Shown here piece by piece: positions 9,422 to 18,987 of a stretch of DNA of 64,000 nucleotides (positions are counted from its first letter, which is position 1; each line of letters starts with the position of its first letter). The position numbers and the translations under genes are program-made. This DNA comes from Cyanobacteria bacterium UBA3301. GTDB taxonomy: Bacteria; Cyanobacteriota; Vampirovibrionia; Gastranaerophilales; Gastranaerophilaceae. Below the pieces are notes generated by a model that saw only the letters and a list, made by a program, of their open reading frames with translations, had not been told where the DNA came from and did no database searches. Where the stretch lies: positions 510-64,509 of the forward strand of contig DESZ01000030.1 of assembly GCA_002361485.1 (NCBI GenBank), written 5' to 3'.

Positions 9422-10483
9422 ATGGCGGAATTTAAATCAAAAATCAGAACAATAGAATGGATAGATACATATTCAAGAATGGCAGATCAAACAAAATATC
9501 CTGACAAATTTGAATTTATAGATATTAAAACAGGACAAGAAATGTTTGATGCCATAAAAAATATGGTTGTACGCGGAGCGCCGGCTATCGGTATTGCTGG
9601 TGCGCATGGTGTTGTTTTATATGCACAGGAATTGAAAGATAAAAATTTATCCTTTGAAGAATTTAAAAAAGAATTATTAAACAAATCAGATTATCTTGTA
9701 ACCTCAAGACCAACTGCCGTAAATTTGTATTGGGCTGTTGAAAAGCAAAAAGAAATAATTAAAAATTCAACTTCCGATATTGAAAGTCTTATAGAAGAAT
9801 TGAGAATAAACGGCAAAAAACTTGAATTGGAAGATATTGAGATTAATAAAAAAATTGGGGATTACGGAGCCATGGTTGTACCAAAAGGCGCAACAATTCT
9901 TACCCATTGCAACGCGGGAGCATTGGCAACGGTTGGATATGGCACTGCATTAGGCGTTGTTCGTTCAGCTTTTGCTAAAGACCCGACAATTCAAGTGTTT
10001 GCAGACGAAACCCGACCAAGACAACAGGGTGCAAGAATTACAACATTAGAATTAAAAATGGACGGAATACCTGTAACTTTGATTACAGATGGAATGTGTT
10101 CATATTTTATGAAAAAAGGAATGATAAATATGGTTGTAGTCGGAGCTGACAGGATTGCCGCAAACGGGGATGCCGCAAACAAAATCGGAACATATACCGT
10201 TGCAATTGCCGCTAAATATCATAATATCCCGTTCTATGTCGCAGCACCCCTATCAACAATAGATACAAATATTCAATCGGGAGAAGAAATAGTAATAGAA
10301 GAACGTCCGCACGAGGAAGTAACAATGATTAACGGGAAAAATATTTGCCCTGAAGGAGTAAATGTTATAAATCCCGCTTTTGATGTAACTCCTCACGAAC
10401 TTATTACGGGAATTATAACAGAAAAAGGTATCTTAAAACCGGATTATAAAACATCAATAAAAAACGCTTTTAACAATCAATAA
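9422..10483 (+). CDS. mtnA: S-methyl-5-thioribose-1-phosphate isomerase
   Basis: eIF-2B alpha/beta/delta-like fold signatures VRGAPAIGIAGA, TRPTAVNL, THCNAGALAT, ETRPRQQGARIT and GADRIAANGD. Confidence 0.9.
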   Translation: MAEFKSKIRTIEWIDTYSRMADQTKYPDKFEFIDIKTGQEMFDAIKNMVVRGAPAIGIAGAHGVVLYAQELKDKNLSFEEFKKELLNKSDYLVTSRPTAVNLYWAVEKQKEIIKNSTSDIESLIEELRINGKKLELEDIEINKKIGDYGAMVVPKGATILTHCNAGALATVGYGTALGVVRSAFAKDPTIQVFADETRPRQQGARITTLELKMDGIPVTLITDGMCSYFMKKGMINMVVVGADRIAANGDAANKIGTYTVAIAAKYHNIPFYVAAPLSTIDTNIQSGEEIVIEERPHEEVTMINGKNICPEGVNVINPAFDVTPHELITGIITEKGILKPDYKTSIKNAFNNQ

Positions 10484-10494
10484 GGAGAGAATAA

Positions 10495-10938
10495 ATGGAT
10501 AAAACATCTAAAATTTTTATTGCAGTTATGGCATTACTATTTGTCGGCGTAACAGCTGTGGTATTTTTCGGCGGGAATTCTTATGAACTCCAAAATATCG
10601 GTAAAAATTCAGCCCCTTCGCAAACACAAAATGACAGCAGCCAAAAAATTGATAATGGAAGTTTTCAGCCATATATGGATATTATGCACGAAAAAATAAC
10701 AAAAAAATGGACTCCGCCTCAAACTGATAAAGATGCCGATGTAACGGTTGAATATACAATAATGAAAAACGGCTATGTTAAAGACCCTAGGATTGTAAAA
10801 TCCTCAGGCAATAATGCGATTGATAAATCTGCAATTGATGCTTTGAATAATGCATCTCCGCTTCCGCCTTTACCGTTATCTTACGATAAGGACAGTATAA
10901 ATGTTAAATTTAACTTTACCGTAAAAGCTTCTGAATAA
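10495..10938 (+). CDS. TonB C-terminal domain protein (energy transducer-like)
   Basis: N-terminal membrane anchor followed by a TonB-C-like module: VEYTIMKNGYVKDPRIVKSSGNNAIDKSAIDALNNASPLPPLP. Confidence 0.6.
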   Translation: MDKTSKIFIAVMALLFVGVTAVVFFGGNSYELQNIGKNSAPSQTQNDSSQKIDNGSFQPYMDIMHEKITKKWTPPQTDKDADVTVEYTIMKNGYVKDPRIVKSSGNNAIDKSAIDALNNASPLPPLPLSYDKDSINVKFNFTVKASE

Positions 10939-11035
10939 TTATATCTATACTTTATTTCATTCTTTTATATGACAAAAAATGAACAAAAATATGTTTTAAT
11001 CGTTATATAAATGTATAAAGTATGAAGGAACAAAT

Positions 11036-12553
11036 TTGAATATATATAAAAAGATAATAGCAACAATGCTTGCTGCTACTTTTTTGATTAGTCCGCAAGC
11101 GTTCGCTATAGGGGAAACAAAAGCTTCCGTACAAAATTTTGATACATCAAGTGTAAAAGTAAAACAAGGTTCTGTATTAAGTTTAAACGATTGTATCGGG
11201 ATTGCACTAAATAACAGCGCCGCAATAAAACAGGCACGATACAATTACGGAATATCAAAAGCCAATGTCGGAATTGCACGTTCGGAATTTTTCCCTACAA
11301 TCGGAGTAGGCACAGGATATAATTATACAGATACCCATACAAAAAGATATAACTACGATAATAAGTTATATAATCTTAATGCTAATATAAATCAATTGTT
11401 ATTTAATTTTGGTAAAACAAATGCCAGAATAAAAATGCAAAGATTTTACCTTATAGCCGATGAATACAATTTTTATGATACCGTCAGAAAAATAACTTTT
11501 GACGTTAAGCAGAAATATTACCAGCTTTTAGCGGCTCGCGCTGCTGTTTTAATTAACGAAGCATATGTAGACATAAACGAACGCAACTATCAGCGCACAA
11601 AAGCCTATTACGATGAAGGTTTAAAATCAAAAATTGACCTTGTTAATGCCGAAGTTACATTAAGTGATTCTAAAATCGGACTCATACAATCTCAAACGGC
11701 TTACGAAAACGCAATAGTATATTTAAACAATGCAATGTACCTTACCAATGCCCCGAAATACAATATCGAAGGGCAAGACGGGTTTAATATTGAAAATAAT
11801 GTCGCCCCTGTTGATTTGACAAAATTTGAACAAATAAAAGAAGGCGAAATATCCTCAATACCGACGGATATTGATGATGCAAAATTTGCAACGGCAGTAG
11901 AAAAATTGGAAGTTTTAACGGATTATAAATTTGAAAAATTCCCGTATTCATTTGACGAATGTTTAAAAATTGCCGACAAAAACAGAGCGGATATAAAAGC
12001 TTATTCCGCAACCGTAGATGCATTAAAAGAAAATCTTTTATATGTAAAAAGGAATTATTATCCTGAAATCTCCGCAACGGCAGGTTACGGTTTTAGAGAT
12101 CAGGAAACCACAAATTCGTTTAACGTCGGGGTAAATCTGTCCAGTTCATTAAATATAATGAACCATACAAATCAGGTAGATGCCGCAAAATATCACGTTG
12201 ATATCGCTCAAAGTTCATTAGACCAATTAACGCAGGACATATACTTTGAAATACAAAACGCATATATAGATATGATTCAATTGGAAAAACAAATTCCGCT
12301 CCAAGGTGTGAAAGTTAAGCAGACTTTTGAAAATTATCAACTTGCAGAAGGCAGATATTATGTCGGTTTAGGCGATTACATAGAATTGCAGGATGCAAAA
12401 GTTAATTATAACAACGCGCAGCATTCATATATTGAAACAATATATCGATATAACGTAGCAAGAGCGAATTTAGAAAGTGTAATAGCTTTACCTCAAAAGG
12501 TTAGCGCAACATTAGAGGAAAAATCAAATGGACGTAAAAAAACTAAAAAATAA
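11036..12553 (+). CDS. TolC-family outer membrane efflux protein
   Basis: Signal peptide ending in AFA and two OEP repeats with the typical AR/AK...A...Y.PT pattern. TTG start preceded by GAAGGAA. The stop overlaps the next gene's start. Confidence 0.85.
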   Translation: MNIYKKIIATMLAATFLISPQAFAIGETKASVQNFDTSSVKVKQGSVLSLNDCIGIALNNSAAIKQARYNYGISKANVGIARSEFFPTIGVGTGYNYTDTHTKRYNYDNKLYNLNANINQLLFNFGKTNARIKMQRFYLIADEYNFYDTVRKITFDVKQKYYQLLAARAAVLINEAYVDINERNYQRTKAYYDEGLKSKIDLVNAEVTLSDSKIGLIQSQTAYENAIVYLNNAMYLTNAPKYNIEGQDGFNIENNVAPVDLTKFEQIKEGEISSIPTDIDDAKFATAVEKLEVLTDYKFEKFPYSFDECLKIADKNRADIKAYSATVDALKENLLYVKRNYYPEISATAGYGFRDQETTNSFNVGVNLSSSLNIMNHTNQVDAAKYHVDIAQSSLDQLTQDIYFEIQNAYIDMIQLEKQIPLQGVKVKQTFENYQLAEGRYYVGLGDYIELQDAKVNYNNAQHSYIETIYRYNVARANLESVIALPQKVSATLEEKSNGRKKTKK

Positions 12554-13715
12554 AAAAGTTATAGCATTAGCCGCCTTATTATTAATAGGCGGTATATGGC
12601 TAAAATTTTATATAACCGACAACAAAGTGCATTATGAAACAAAAGAACTTGAACGATGCACAATAACGCAGGTTGTAGAAGCTTCAGGGACAATAAACCC
12701 TGTCAACATTGTCAGTGTTGGTTCAACAGTATCAGGCTTGATGAAAGAAATATATGTTGATTATAATTCTGAAGTAAAAAAAGGACAGCTTTTGGCTCAA
12801 ATCGACCCTGCAACTTTTCAGGCGCAAGTTGACCAGAACATGGCACAAATAAATAATGCCGAAGCTAATCTTGCAAAATTAAATGCCGAAATGGTTTATG
12901 CTCAAAAGACTTATAACCGCTATAAAAATCTTTATTCAAAGAATTTTATAGCACGAAGCGAACTTGACCAAGCTGAAAGTGAATACTTAGCAAAACAAGC
13001 ATCAATCGGCGCACAACGAGCTTCTATCGCACAGGCAAGAGCAAATTTGAATACATCAATGACAAATTTAGGATATACAAAAATAATCGCTCCTGTTGAC
13101 GGAACAATTATTAAACGTGCAATAGATGTTGGGCAACCGGTTGCAGCAAGTTTCCAAGCTCCGGAATTATTTACAATTGCACAAGATTTGAAGAAAATGC
13201 AAATAGAAGTAAACGTATCTGAAGCTGATATCGGCAACGTTAAAGCAGGACAAGAAGTAGAATATACACTTGACGGATATCCTGATTCAACATTTCACGG
13301 GGAAGTTACCCAAGTCAGATTGGATTCCACAACAACATCAAACGTTGTAACATATACGGTAATTGTAAGTGTTGATAATGAAGATTTAAAATTAAAACCG
13401 GGCATGACGGCTAATGTATCAATAATAACAAGCAAAAGCGCAAATGTATTATGCGCCCCGACAATTGCACTAAAATATTCCCCTGAAGCAGGCGGACAAA
13501 AATACAAAGAACAGGGAATCTGGATACTTGACGACAAAGAACCGAAAAGAATAACCATAAAAGAAGGTGCCAGTGATGATACAAATGTTGAAATAATTTC
13601 AAATAAAATAAAAGACGGCGATAAGGTTATTTTAAGTTCAACAGGCGGTAAAAAATCTTCGAAAAATACCCCAACAGGCACAAGACGCCGCGGCGGCCCT
13701 CCGGGAATGTTTTAA
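12528..13715 (+). CDS. efflux transporter periplasmic adaptor (HlyD/MacA family MFP)
   Basis: N-terminal TM anchor, lipoyl/beta-barrel motifs (GQLLAQIDP, IIAPVDGTII, KPGMTANV) and a long coiled-coil hairpin. Confidence 0.85.
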   Translation: MDVKKLKNKKVIALAALLLIGGIWLKFYITDNKVHYETKELERCTITQVVEASGTINPVNIVSVGSTVSGLMKEIYVDYNSEVKKGQLLAQIDPATFQAQVDQNMAQINNAEANLAKLNAEMVYAQKTYNRYKNLYSKNFIARSELDQAESEYLAKQASIGAQRASIAQARANLNTSMTNLGYTKIIAPVDGTIIKRAIDVGQPVAASFQAPELFTIAQDLKKMQIEVNVSEADIGNVKAGQEVEYTLDGYPDSTFHGEVTQVRLDSTTTSNVVTYTVIVSVDNEDLKLKPGMTANVSIITSKSANVLCAPTIALKYSPEAGGQKYKEQGIWILDDKEPKRITIKEGASDDTNVEIISNKIKDGDKVILSSTGGKKSSKNTPTGTRRRGGPPGMF

Positions 13716-13727
13716 AGGGGTAAATAA

Positions 13728-14444
13728 ATGGATTTAATCGAAGTAAAACATGCTATAAAAACATATTCAACAGGCGAAGAATCATTCAATGCGCTTGATG
13801 ATGTATCATTAAATGTAAGAAAAGGTGAATTTGTTGCAATCATGGGAACTTCAGGTTCAGGAAAGTCAACCTTTATGAATATGCTTGGCACATTAGATAA
13901 ACCAAATTCAGGAGAATACTATCTTGAAGGTGAAGATATGCTCCATTTGGATTCTGACAGTCTTGCAAAAGTTCGCTGCGAAAAAATGGGGTTCGTGTTT
14001 CAGGGATTTAATCTTATTTCAAGAACATCAGCCCTTGATAATGTTTGTTTGCCTATGATTTATAAGGGAATACCCGAAGAAGAACGTATCGAACGCGGTA
14101 AAAAGGCATTAGAAATCGTGGGTTTAAAAAATCGTGAAGACCACATGCCAAACCAAATGTCAGGCGGGCAACAACAGCGTGTTGCAATAGCAAGAGCATT
14201 GGTTAACGATGCGCCGTTGATTTTAGCAGATGAACCGACAGGTAATTTAGATACAAAAACAAGTATCGAAGTTATGGAATTTTTTGTCAGCCTTAATGAA
14301 AAACTCGGCAAAACCATTGTTCTTGTAACTCACGAACCCGATATTGCGGAGTACACACAAAGAGTCGTGAAATTCAAAGACGGGAAAATAGTTCTTGATA
14401 TGCCCAAAACAGAGTGGGCAAAACACAGAACAAGGGAAACGTAA
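13728..14444 (+). CDS. ABC transporter ATP-binding protein (MacB/LolD/DevA type)
   Basis: Walker A GTSGSGKST, ABC signature MSGGQQQRVAIARAL, Walker B ILADEPTGNLD and the H-loop VTHE. Confidence 0.92.
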   Translation: MDLIEVKHAIKTYSTGEESFNALDDVSLNVRKGEFVAIMGTSGSGKSTFMNMLGTLDKPNSGEYYLEGEDMLHLDSDSLAKVRCEKMGFVFQGFNLISRTSALDNVCLPMIYKGIPEEERIERGKKALEIVGLKNREDHMPNQMSGGQQQRVAIARALVNDAPLILADEPTGNLDTKTSIEVMEFFVSLNEKLGKTIVLVTHEPDIAEYTQRVVKFKDGKIVLDMPKTEWAKHRTRET

Positions 14445-14493
14445 TATTAATTGAGAGGTTGAAAAGTTTAGTGGTTGAAAGGTTGAAAATATA

Positions 14494-15723
14494 ATGCTTG
14501 ATTTCAAATCAATATTCAAAATGGCAAAAATATCTTTAAGAATAAACCGCATGCGCTCAATGCTTACCAGTTTAGGTATAATTATCGGCGTCAGCGCGGT
14601 AATTATAATGCTTGCAGTCGGTTCTGGGGCAAGCAAAAAAATTGCAGCCGATATGGAATCTATGGGAAGCAATCTTCTTATGGTGCGTTCCGCATCAGCC
14701 AAATCAGGCGGAGTACGTATGGGTTCGGGGACAAAACCGACACTTACTCTGAAAGATGCGGATGCCATTGAACAAAAAGCACGAGGGATACTTGCAATAG
14801 CACCATATTCCGCAGAAGGCAAACAAATTACATACGGCAATCAAAATTGGTCAACTTCTATCGGCGGAACAACAACACAATATTTTAGAATAAGAAACTA
14901 CGAAATAGAGGCAGGCAGAGGCTTTTTGCCTGAAGAAATAAAAAATAGTATAAAAGTTGCCGTATTAGGTCAAACCGTATCATCTGAGCTTTTTGGCGAC
15001 GTTGACCCGATAGGAAAAACCATCCGTATAGGAAATATTCCGTTTAATGTTATAGGATTATTAAAACCGAAAGGCTCAAGCGGAATGGGACAAGACCAAG
15101 ACGACATAGTATTTATCCCGATAACTACCGCACAAAGAAAAGTATTCGGAACTGATTTCCCCGGAACAGTTTCCATGATAACGGTTCAGGCTCAGAATGA
15201 CCAAGTCATATCACTCGCGCAGGAAGATATTACGGAAATTCTAAAAACTCGCCATCATATCGGCACAAAACAAGATAACGATTTTGAAATAAGAAATCTT
15301 GCCGAGATGCAGGAAACAATAAAATCAACAACAAAAACCATGTCATTATTATTAGGCGCAATAGCAGGCGTTTCCCTAATAGTAGGCGGTATCGGCATTA
15401 TGAACATTATGCTTGTATCCGTAACAGAAAGAACAAAGGAAATCGGAATAAGAATGGCTATCGGTGCAAAAGCTTCTGATATAAGATTTCAATTTTTAAT
15501 AGAATCATTTTTATTATCTATGTCAGGTGGGTTCAGCGGTATCGTTGTCGGTATTGTTGGAGCATGGCTCATGCACGTCTGGGCCGGCATGAATATTGCC
15601 ATAACCCTGCCATCCATTCTGTTATCTTTAGGATTTTCCGCCGCAATAGGGATAGGCTTCGGATATTATCCCGCGTATAAAGCATCTTTACTGAATCCTA
15701 TTGATGCACTAAGATATGAATAA
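14494..15723 (+). CDS. ABC transporter permease, FtsX/MacB periplasmic-domain type
   Basis: TM1, a large periplasmic domain, then three C-terminal TMs with GIGIMNIMLVSVTERTKEIGIRMAIGA, the FtsX-like hallmark. Confidence 0.9.
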   Translation: MLDFKSIFKMAKISLRINRMRSMLTSLGIIIGVSAVIIMLAVGSGASKKIAADMESMGSNLLMVRSASAKSGGVRMGSGTKPTLTLKDADAIEQKARGILAIAPYSAEGKQITYGNQNWSTSIGGTTTQYFRIRNYEIEAGRGFLPEEIKNSIKVAVLGQTVSSELFGDVDPIGKTIRIGNIPFNVIGLLKPKGSSGMGQDQDDIVFIPITTAQRKVFGTDFPGTVSMITVQAQNDQVISLAQEDITEILKTRHHIGTKQDNDFEIRNLAEMQETIKSTTKTMSLLLGAIAGVSLIVGGIGIMNIMLVSVTERTKEIGIRMAIGAKASDIRFQFLIESFLLSMSGGFSGIVVGIVGAWLMHVWAGMNIAITLPSILLSLGFSAAIGIGFGYYPAYKASLLNPIDALRYE

Positions 15724-15727
15724 TTAA

Positions 15728-15756
15728 AAAGCCTTGCTATATAACTGCAAGGCTTT
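15728..15756. terminator. bidirectional intrinsic terminator
   Basis: aaagccttgc / gcaaggcttt form a 10-bp stem between convergent genes, with A/T runs on both sides. Confidence 0.75.
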
Positions 15757-15780
15757 ATATATAAAATTCCTGATTATTTT

Positions 15781-16182
15781 TTATTCTGCTTTTTGAGATT
15801 TATCTTTTTTGGTAAATAGACTTTTTATTCCTTTAAATAAACCGGAGAATACATTACCGATGAATTTTCCGACAGGTTTTAGAACCCCATTCCAAATGAA
15901 TTTTCCGACAGGTTTTAAAACACCGTTCCATATAAATTTTCCGACAGGCTTTAGAACTCCGTTCCATACAGCTGTTGCCGCTGTTCCGATTGCATGCCTA
16001 ATTTTTGGAGAACCGATAATTATTCCTGCGGCTATTCCTGTCAAAGCTCCATAGGTAGCATCTTTTGACCAGATAGAACCCATTCCGTAACCGCAGCATG
16101 GCCCGCCCATCATCATAGGCGGAGGCGGACAGCAAAACCCGCCGTTTGTATATATATTTGTTTGTTTAATATATAATGACAT
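15781..16182 (-). CDS. small Cys/Met/Gly-rich protein with three tandem 12-aa repeats (WNGVLKPVGKFI)
   Basis: 133-aa ORF. The three 36-bp DNA repeats differ only at synonymous sites, so the peptide repeat is under selection. Also has a glycine-zipper hydrophobic segment (YGALTGIAAGIIIGSP). Confidence 0.7.
   Translation of the reverse strand: MSLYIKQTNIYTNGGFCCPPPPMMMGGPCCGYGMGSIWSKDATYGALTGIAAGIIIGSPKIRHAIGTAATAVWNGVLKPVGKFIWNGVLKPVGKFIWNGVLKPVGKFIGNVFSGLFKGIKSLFTKKDKSQKAE
15863..15970 (-). repeat. 3 x 36-bp in-frame tandem repeat inside CDS 15781..16182
   Basis: aattttccgacagg... recurs at 15863, 15899 and 15935. Differences are AAT/AAC, GGG/GGT/GGA, CTA/TTA and AAA/AAG, all synonymous. 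Confidence 0.95.
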
Positions 16183-16294
16183 GCTTTAATACCTCTCATA
16201 TATATAAAGTATATAAACTATAAATATTTGCTCTTTTTAATTTTAAAGCTTTACAATTCTTAATAAATATTGACAATCATGATATAATATTAAT

Positions 16295-17776
16295 ATGAAT
16301 ATTGGTAGAACCCTGCGTTTTATGTTGGTAATTTTTATATTATCAGCTGTCGGGAATATAAATACACTGGCTATAGAAGATGAACACGAAGAATTATTCC
16401 ACCCTGTTGAGATAACTGACGGAAAAGTTTTGAGTGTAACAGATTGCGTAGCGTTAGCTTTCAAAAACAGCCCCAAAATCAGACGCCAAAAATACAATTT
16501 GGATTTGGCAAAAAGTAATGTCGGAATTGCTAAATCTCAATATTTTCCTGTTTTAAGTGCAGGAGTCGGATTTTATAACGAAAACAATTCTAACGGAATA
16601 TATTATGACAAGCATTACAGGGATTTGCCGAACGTAGGAGTATCCGTTAATCAATTAATATGGAATTTTGGCAAAACTACAGCTTTTATAAAGATGGAAG
16701 AATTTTATAAAATCGCTGCAGAATACGAATTTATGGACAGTTTATGTCTTACTTTGTTTGATATAAAAGCAAAATATTATAATTTATTGAAAGCCAAAGC
16801 TTTATTAAACGTTGCAAAAAATAATCAAGATATAAACGAAGAATATGTTAAACTTGCCAAAAACAAAAACGAAGCTGATAAAACGACAGCACAAGTAAAT
16901 TTGAGTGAAGCAAACATTAAATACATTGAAGCAGAAAATACTTTAAATAATGCTAAATATGATTTGAGTAACGCAATGTATCTTGAAAATCAACCAAACT
17001 ACGATATAGAAATTACCCCGACATTCACATACAATGATTATGCTTATCGTTCAAAACACGTTGAAATGATGCCTTTTGAACCGTTTATATTTCCGTTCAA
17101 AAAAACGGAAGCCCCTGAAATTGCCTATAACAACAGCCCTGATTTGCAAGTTTTGGTTAATACAAAAAAAGCAATGGAACAATCATTAAAATATGCTAAA
17201 AGAGCAATTTTACCCGATTTAAATGCAAACGTAGGCTACGGATATAAAAATACAAATTTTGCAAGGAATAACGGTTTATCCGTCGGAGTTAATCTTGAAA
17301 CAACAACAAATTTTATGGAATATAAATATCAGGGTAAAAATGCTCAAGCACAATTAAATATTGCTGATAATGAAATTACCTTGTTTAAAAAAGATTTGTA
17401 TTATGAAGTTCAAAGAGCATTTAATAATGTTGATAGGGCGCAAAAACAAGTTCCGACAGCAAAAACAGAAGTTGAGCAATCGCTTATTAATCTCACTTTG
17501 GTAGAGAAAAAATATAAATCAAACGATTTGGATTATATCGCATTGCAAGAAGCCAGAAAAGCATACATAAGAGCACTTGATACATATATTGAAAGTATCT
17601 ATAATTATAATATTGCACTAATTCAGGTTGAAATGGCTATGCATTATCATCTTGTCGATATCCACCACAAATCAGAACATGCTATGCACTATCATTCTGC
17701 TGAATTGATTGAACACTTGAATAAAGTTCTCGGATGCGACGAAAAAGAAATATCTAATAAAAAGAAGTCTAAATAA
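16295..17776 (+). CDS. TolC-family outer membrane protein with a His-rich C-terminal tail
   Basis: Signal peptide and OEP repeats paralogous to ORF 11036..12553 (e.g. SVTDCVALAFKNSPKI, NVGIAKSQYFP). The tail reads MHYHLVDIHHKSEHAMHYHSAELIEH. Confidence 0.8.
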   Translation: MNIGRTLRFMLVIFILSAVGNINTLAIEDEHEELFHPVEITDGKVLSVTDCVALAFKNSPKIRRQKYNLDLAKSNVGIAKSQYFPVLSAGVGFYNENNSNGIYYDKHYRDLPNVGVSVNQLIWNFGKTTAFIKMEEFYKIAAEYEFMDSLCLTLFDIKAKYYNLLKAKALLNVAKNNQDINEEYVKLAKNKNEADKTTAQVNLSEANIKYIEAENTLNNAKYDLSNAMYLENQPNYDIEITPTFTYNDYAYRSKHVEMMPFEPFIFPFKKTEAPEIAYNNSPDLQVLVNTKKAMEQSLKYAKRAILPDLNANVGYGYKNTNFARNNGLSVGVNLETTTNFMEYKYQGKNAQAQLNIADNEITLFKKDLYYEVQRAFNNVDRAQKQVPTAKTEVEQSLINLTLVEKKYKSNDLDYIALQEARKAYIRALDTYIESIYNYNIALIQVEMAMHYHLVDIHHKSEHAMHYHSAELIEHLNKVLGCDEKEISNKKKSK

Positions 17777-17835
17777 ATTAAGTTCACTAAAATTTCTTTG
17801 TTGTTGTACAATATAAAAAGCAAAGGATTTTATAT

Positions 17836-18924
17836 ATGGCAAAGATAATTTTAACAGGTGACAGACCAACAGGTAAATTACATTTAGGACATTATGTCGG
17901 CTCGCTAAAACGCAGAGTAGAACTTCAAAATTCAGGAGAATTTGATGAGATTTATATAATGATAGCTGATGCACAAGCCCTAACCGACAATATGGAAAAC
18001 CCTGAAAAGGTTCGCCAAAATATTATTGAAGTTGCGCTTGATTATCTTGCTTGCGGACTTGACCCCAAAAAATCCGTATTATTTATTCAATCACAAATTC
18101 CCGAACTTTGCGAAATGACTTTTTATTATATGAATTTGGTTACAGTTTCAAGATTACAGCTAAACCCGACTGTTAAATCTGAAATTCAAATGAGGAATTT
18201 TGAAAAAACGATTCCAGTCGGATTTTTCACGTATCCTGTAAGCCAAGCTGCAGATATAACTGCATTTAAAGCAACAATTGTTCCTGTCGGAGAAGACCAA
18301 GCTCCTATGATAGAACAAACACGTGAAATTGCCCGTCGTTTTAATAATATTTATAATACAGATGTGCTAATTGAACCAAAAATTTTATTGCCTGAAAATA
18401 GCGCCTGCCTACGTTTACCTGGCACTGACGGGAAAGCAAAAATGAGTAAATCTTTAGGCAACTGCATATATTTGTCGGATTCTGAAGAAGAAATAAGGCA
18501 AAAAGTTATGACCATGTTTACCGACCCAACGCATTTAAGAGTTGAAGACCCCGGACATGTCGAAGGCAACCCTGTATTTATATACTTAGATGCATTTTGC
18601 AGCGATGAGTATTTTGAAAAATATTTACCTGAATATAAAAATCTTGATGAATTGAAAGCACATTATACACGAGGCGGTTTAGGTGATGTTAAAGTAAAAA
18701 GATTTTTGAATAACGTATTACAAGATACACTACGTCCGATAAGAGAACGCAGAAAAGAATTTGAAAAAGATATTCCTGCAATTTATAAAATGCTTGAAGA
18801 AGGTAGTATAACCGCTCGTAAAAAAGCCTCTATCACACTTGAAGAAATGAAGCGAGCAATGAAAATCAATTATTTCGAAGATGAAGAATATATAAATCAA
18901 CAAACAGAAAAATTTGCACAATGA
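17836..18924 (+). CDS. trpS: tryptophan--tRNA ligase
   Basis: Class I HIGH motif (GKLHLGHY), KMSKS present, and TrpRS-specific GEDQAPMIE and PVSQAADI motifs. Confidence 0.93.
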   Translation: MAKIILTGDRPTGKLHLGHYVGSLKRRVELQNSGEFDEIYIMIADAQALTDNMENPEKVRQNIIEVALDYLACGLDPKKSVLFIQSQIPELCEMTFYYMNLVTVSRLQLNPTVKSEIQMRNFEKTIPVGFFTYPVSQAADITAFKATIVPVGEDQAPMIEQTREIARRFNNIYNTDVLIEPKILLPENSACLRLPGTDGKAKMSKSLGNCIYLSDSEEEIRQKVMTMFTDPTHLRVEDPGHVEGNPVFIYLDAFCSDEYFEKYLPEYKNLDELKAHYTRGGLGDVKVKRFLNNVLQDTLRPIRERRKEFEKDIPAIYKMLEEGSITARKKASITLEEMKRAMKINYFEDEEYINQQTEKFAQ

Positions 18925-18987
18925 TCTGTATGTCTTGAATTATTTTTAATAATATGATAAAATTCATATTGGAATTAAGGAGTTATT

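Noticed and set aside
14247-14840. 197-aa minus-strand ORF, and similar antisense ORFs (12932..13237, 13295..13681, 14060..14317, 43647..43961, 50166..50432, 54484..54759, 60247..60582)
   Set aside because: All lie entirely inside, and antisense to, well-supported genes with clear catalytic motifs. They lack SD sequences and have odd composition.
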